NCBI RefSeq assembly: GCF_044324875.1
Contig: NZ_CP172193.1
Source: Escherichia coli
Lineage (GTDB): Bacteria; Pseudomonadota; Gammaproteobacteria; Enterobacterales; Enterobacteriaceae
Length of the DNA: 1,842 nt
Reading direction: 5' to 3' (one strand)
In this document: piece by piece, positions 1 through 1,842 of the stretch
Numbering within the stretch: the first letter of the stretch is position 1
Layout of the letters: every line of letters starts with the position of its first letter
Translations under genes and position numbers: made by a program
The notes under the pieces: generated by a model
Databases searched by the model: none
Seen by the model: the letters and a program-made list of their open reading frames with translations, nothing else
What the model was told of the DNA's origin: nothing

Positions 1-113
1 ATACGAAACGTTATTTGCATGTGTATACGCAAACATGTTTGCGTGTGTTGTTTCGTACTGTACGATATAAATTTCGTAAGGTACGAAAGATTGTTGCAGG
101 TAAGGATGCAAGT
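1..113 (+). promoter_or_regulatory. Palindrome-dense leader / operator-like region upstream of ORF1 (possible autoregulatory operator or iteron-like Rep binding sites)
   Basis: Seen directly: 18-bp perfect palindrome acgcaaacatgtttgcgt at 27-44; 13-bp palindrome tcgtac-t-gtacga at 53-65; inverted repeat tttcgta-agg-tacgaaa at 72-88. The half-site TACGAAA / TTTCGTA recurs at 2-8, 51-57, 72-78 and 82-88. A TATAAA-like element lies at 66-71. Function is inferred from position immediately 5' of the ORF1 start. Confidence 0.5.
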
Positions 114-638
114 ATGCTGGAACAGCGATTTGAAGACTTTGAACAGCAAAAACGGCGAGATCACAAGGCACAAGATCAAGCCCAAAACACTAAGCAAAAA
201 CGAGATCGGTTGAATCCACCTGACTGGTCACAAGTCACTAAGGCTGGTTGGAATATGTTGGACGCTATATCCGAGAAGGTTCCTAGGGCATTTAGGCTAT
301 ATTCTTTTTTTGCTCAAAATATAGATAAATCGTGTGGAGCTGTTGTATGTGATCAAAAATTCCTAGCTGATTATTTCGGGGTTAGTTTAAGGACAATTCA
401 ATATTGGATCGGAGATTTAGAACGTATTGGTGCAATAGTAAAAATACCAGTAGGTATTTATTATGCTTATGCTTTAGATCCTTATCAGGTATGGCGTGGA
501 TATAATAAATCTAAAAAATATGCAGCATTTAACGCAAAAACATTAACTCAAAAAGATGGTGTTATTGATCGTAAGTTGCGGCTCATGCTCTCTAGAAGAG
601 AAGATTTTGAAAGCTCACTCAAGCCCTCTAAATCATGA
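114..638 (+). CDS. Winged-helix (HTH_36/RepL-like) DNA-binding protein; candidate plasmid replication initiator or replication-associated regulator (~175 aa)
   Basis: Six-frame ORF 15..638. Start reassigned to ATG 114 because AAGGA at 102-106 sits 7 nt upstream, whereas ATG 15 has no Shine-Dalgarno and its first 33 codons overlap the palindrome array and encode an atypical Cys/Arg/Val-rich peptide. Stop TGA 636-638. Motif FLADYFGVSLRTIQYWIGDLERIGAI (nt ~360-437) fits the recognition-helix pattern of HTH_36-type winged helices found in small-plasmid Rep proteins. N-terminus is a charged low-complexity stretch (EQRFEDFEQQKRRDHKAQDQAQ). AT-rich codon usage. Family assignment is from recall, not a search. 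Confidence 0.65.
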   Translation: MLEQRFEDFEQQKRRDHKAQDQAQNTKQKRDRLNPPDWSQVTKAGWNMLDAISEKVPRAFRLYSFFAQNIDKSCGAVVCDQKFLADYFGVSLRTIQYWIGDLERIGAIVKIPVGIYYAYALDPYQVWRGYNKSKKYAAFNAKTLTQKDGVIDRKLRLMLSRREDFESSLKPSKS

Positions 639-656
639 CTAGTCTTGGAGGTCTAG

Positions 657-875
657 ATGAATACTGAAGATAAGCTAATGCTAAAAGTTGATCGATTACT
701 TAGTCATGATGCGTTAAATCAACGCAATATTTTAAATAATTGGGAAAGACAATTTTTAACAAGTGTTTTAGCTATCTATAGGAGGATCAATAAATATTCT
801 TTAGTTGGGCTATCACCAAAACAGAAAAATGCAACGTATAACATTTTAAAAAAATATAAATTTCATACTGATTAA
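657..875 (+). CDS. Hypothetical small basic protein (72 aa), co-transcribed with ORF1
   Basis: Strong RBS GGAGG at 647-651 with 5-nt spacer to ATG 657; stop TAA 873-875. Only 18 nt separate it from the ORF1 stop, same strand and same AT-rich composition. No Cys or His, Lys/Asn-rich, no recognisable catalytic motif. The tail FLTSVLAIY...LSPKQKNATYNILKKYK loosely resembles, from memory only, C-terminal segments of some plasmid Rep proteins. Confidence 0.55.
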   Translation: MNTEDKLMLKVDRLLSHDALNQRNILNNWERQFLTSVLAIYRRINKYSLVGLSPKQKNATYNILKKYKFHTD

Positions 876-919
876 AAGTGAAATATTTTAAAGAGCCAGC
901 GGCAGGGGGACAATCGGAT

Positions 920-955
920 TCAAATGTTAACATTTGACATCGGATTATCTATCCT
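920..955 (+). promoter_or_regulatory. Candidate sigma70 promoter (-35 TTAACA 927-932, 17-bp spacer, -10 TATCCT 950-955) overlapping an 18-bp perfect palindrome (920-937)
   Basis: Seen directly: tcaaatgttaacatttga at 920-937 is a perfect palindrome. TTAACA and TATCCT are separated by exactly 17 bp. A TTGACA hexamer at 934-939 has no well-spaced -10. The element sits exactly at the AT-rich/GC-rich junction and points into the structured GC-rich block. Promoter activity is inference. Confidence 0.3.
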
Positions 956-1063
956 GCATTGCTCTTTTGCCGCCTCAAAATCCCTTGCGTGTTTTTGCTC
1001 CCCGATCTCCAGAACGACCGAGCCGCCACGGTTCCGGCAGCGCCTTGAGCGCAACCGGAAACC

Positions 1064-1083
1064 GTCTGGGGAGAACCCCAGAC
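1064..1083. other. Perfect hairpin: 8-bp GC-rich stem (gtctgggg / ccccagac) with AGAA loop
   Basis: Seen directly: 1064-1071 is the exact reverse complement of 1076-1083. Not followed by a T-run on either strand, so not a canonical intrinsic terminator. An imperfect longer stem (acggttccgg 1028-1037 / ccggaaaccgt 1053-1063) lies just upstream. Consistent with a structured RNA or DNA element. Confidence 0.4.
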
Positions 1084-1379
1084 CCCCATCGCTGTAACAC
1101 CGACGGTCTACGACCACCTACCAACCGCGTGACTGTCTGTTTCGTGCAAATGGGCTTTGCAGGGGGCTGGCGCGGTTCCTGGCGACCTGAAAGCCCCTGG
1201 TTAGGGGTATCGGCGCGCCTGACCTCCTGAGAGCCTCTGTAAGCGTTTTTCGCGCCTTCCATGCCCTGGCGGGCATCTAAAACCCGTTTCGTGCGTCTGA
1301 GAGCTTTTGAGCGCGTTTGAGGGGCTATCTGGCGACTCATCCCCGAAAGAACAACAACGGGATCACCGACAACATGCGA

Positions 1380-1447
1380 GAGGTGATCCCGCTCGCCGCA
1401 AGTCGATGACCGAGCGTAGCGAGCGAATCGACGAGGAAGCGGAAGAG
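1380..1447 (+). other. ColE1/pMB1-family conserved origin-proximal segment (region between oriV and bom; possibly the primosome assembly site region)
   Basis: Hand alignment of 1380-1447 (gaggtgatcccgctcgccgcaagtcgatgaccgagcgtagcgagcgaatcgacgaggaagcggaagag) with the pBR322/pUC sequence gagctgataccgctcgccgcagccgaacgaccgagcgcagcgagtcagtgagcgaggaagcggaagag (recalled from memory) gives about 53/68 identities with no gaps. Orientation and distance to the bom homology match ColE1-type plasmids. The primosome-site assignment is inference. Confidence 0.6.
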
Positions 1448-1483
1448 AACCGGAAGCCACATTGAGCACTTACGCACTGATGC

Positions 1484-1508
1484 GGGGTGTCGGGGTGAAG
1501 CCCTGACC
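1484..1508. repeat. Left arm of a 25-bp inverted repeat (23/25 match to the reverse complement of 1711-1735)
   Basis: Seen directly: ggggtgtcggggtgaagccctgacc at 1484-1508 versus the reverse complement of 1711-1735, ggggtgtcggggcgcagccctgacc. Arms are about 200 bp apart and bracket the predicted nic region. Confidence 0.8.
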
Positions 1509-1513
1509 AGGTG

Positions 1514-1551
1514 GTAATCGTATCGGCGTGCGTGCGCGGTCATACGATTAC
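1514..1551. other. Hairpin with 10-bp perfect stem (gtaatcgtat / atacgattac) and 18-nt GC-rich loop, inside the oriT region
   Basis: Seen directly: 1514-1523 is the exact reverse complement of 1542-1551. Lies between the two arms of the 25-bp inverted repeat. Function unknown; possibly an accessory protein binding site or single-strand initiation structure. Confidence 0.4.
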
Positions 1552-1672
1552 ACATCCTGTCCCGATTTCTGAGGCGTTTTAACGGTGAACGGACGGCAAA
1601 AACACGATAGAGCTGTTGAACGTGAAAACCACGAAATCTGGCAAAAATCACGGCTGGCGAGGCTTGCAGAGG

Positions 1673-1735
1673 AGTAAGCCAGTATACACTCCGCTATCGC
1701 TACGTGACTGGGTCAGGGCTGCGCCCCGACACCCC
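1673..1735. other. ColE1/pMB1-type oriT (bom) nic region; predicted nic on the minus strand within CTGG/CTTA (between + strand positions 1678 and 1679)
   Basis: ccagtatacactccgctatcgctacgtgactgggtcagggctgcgccccgacaccc (1679-1734) differs at a single position from the pBR322 bom sequence recalled from memory (complement strand ...tcatggctg... versus ...tcagggctg... here). The preceding taag gives the CTGGCTTA nic octamer on the minus strand. The nic position is recalled from the ColE1 MbeA literature and is approximate. Confidence 0.75.
1711..1735. repeat. Right arm of the 25-bp inverted repeat (partner of 1484-1508); corresponds to the canonical bom inverted-repeat arm
   Basis: Seen directly (see partner feature). 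This arm is the copy that matches the pBR322 bom sequence; the left arm is the extra inverted copy. Confidence 0.8.
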
Positions 1736-1842
1736 AAATGCTCGATAAACACGTTAAACCTTGTGCAACAAAAAAGTGCTTTGATAGATCTTTAGAGCAA
1801 AAATCAACATTTCGATTAATATCAATGACTTATGACACCATC

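Noticed and set aside
15-113. N-terminal extension of ORF1 starting at ATG 15 (207-aa form in the ORF track)
   Set aside because: No Shine-Dalgarno upstream of ATG 15; the extension overlaps the palindrome array and encodes an atypical Cys/Arg/Val-rich peptide, whereas ATG 114 has a well-spaced AAGGA. The extension is most likely untranslated leader, though the longer form cannot be strictly excluded.
19-213. 64-aa ORF on + strand overlapping ORF1 in another frame
   Set aside because: Fully nested within the leader and ORF1, Cys-rich low-complexity translation, no RBS; typical spurious overlapping ORF.
934-1230. 98-aa ORF on the + strand inside the GC-rich block
   Set aside because: Pro/Arg/Ser-rich low-complexity translation, overlaps perfect hairpins and the opposite-strand ORF; judged an artefact of GC-rich non-coding DNA.
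975-1469. 164-aa ORF on the minus strand inside the GC-rich block
   Set aside because: Translation is extremely Arg/Pro/Gly-rich with no recognisable domain, as expected when GC-rich non-coding DNA is read open. It spans DNA that I recognise as non-coding ColE1-type origin-proximal sequence. No plausible RBS.
900-1480. Canonical ColE1 RNAI/RNAII genes and a rom/rop gene
   Set aside because: I could not find the RNAI terminator signature (GC hairpin plus T-run at the RNAII start), the required ~550-nt spacing or a Rom-like ORF. Only the post-origin conserved segment and bom are recognisable, so RNA gene calls are not made.
1337-1651. 104-aa ORF on the minus strand spanning the conserved ColE1 segment and the oriT hairpin
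   Set aside because: Overlaps the conserved non-coding ColE1 segment (1380-1447) and the left inverted-repeat arm and hairpin of oriT; Arg-rich junk-like translation. The 65-aa ORF at 920-1117 (-) is rejected for the same reasons.
1825-1842. ATG at 1825 (ATGACTTATGACACCATC) as a possible gene start running off the window
   Set aside because: Only six codons are visible and there is no convincing Shine-Dalgarno upstream, so a CDS cannot be supported. It is worth checking in extended sequence, since a mob gene would be expected on this side of oriT.
1-1842. CRISPR arrays, tRNA/rRNA genes, IS elements or transposon terminal inverted repeats
   Set aside because: No regularly spaced direct repeats, no cloverleaf-compatible conserved tRNA motifs, no transposase-like ORF. 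The inverted repeats present are explained by operator and oriT architecture.

Overview
The window is a mosaic of two compositionally distinct blocks. Positions 1 to ~900 are AT-rich and carry a compact two-gene operon on the + strand: a ~175-aa winged-helix protein (candidate plasmid replication initiator) behind a palindrome-dense leader, and a 72-aa Lys/Asn-rich protein of unknown function. Positions ~900 to 1740 are GC-rich, non-coding and highly structured, with clear ColE1/pMB1-family plasmid signatures: a segment about 78% identical (hand alignment against pBR322/pUC sequence recalled from memory) to the conserved stretch between oriV and bom, and a near-identical copy of the bom/oriT nic region, here flanked by a 25-bp inverted duplication. 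No relaxase (mob), rom/rop or canonical full-length RNAII/RNAI was found. The best reading is a small mobilizable plasmid-like element in which a low-GC rep-like module is joined to ColE1-type oriT and origin-proximal DNA. ORFs predicted inside the GC-rich block are judged spurious. All homology statements rest on recall and by-eye alignment and need a database search.
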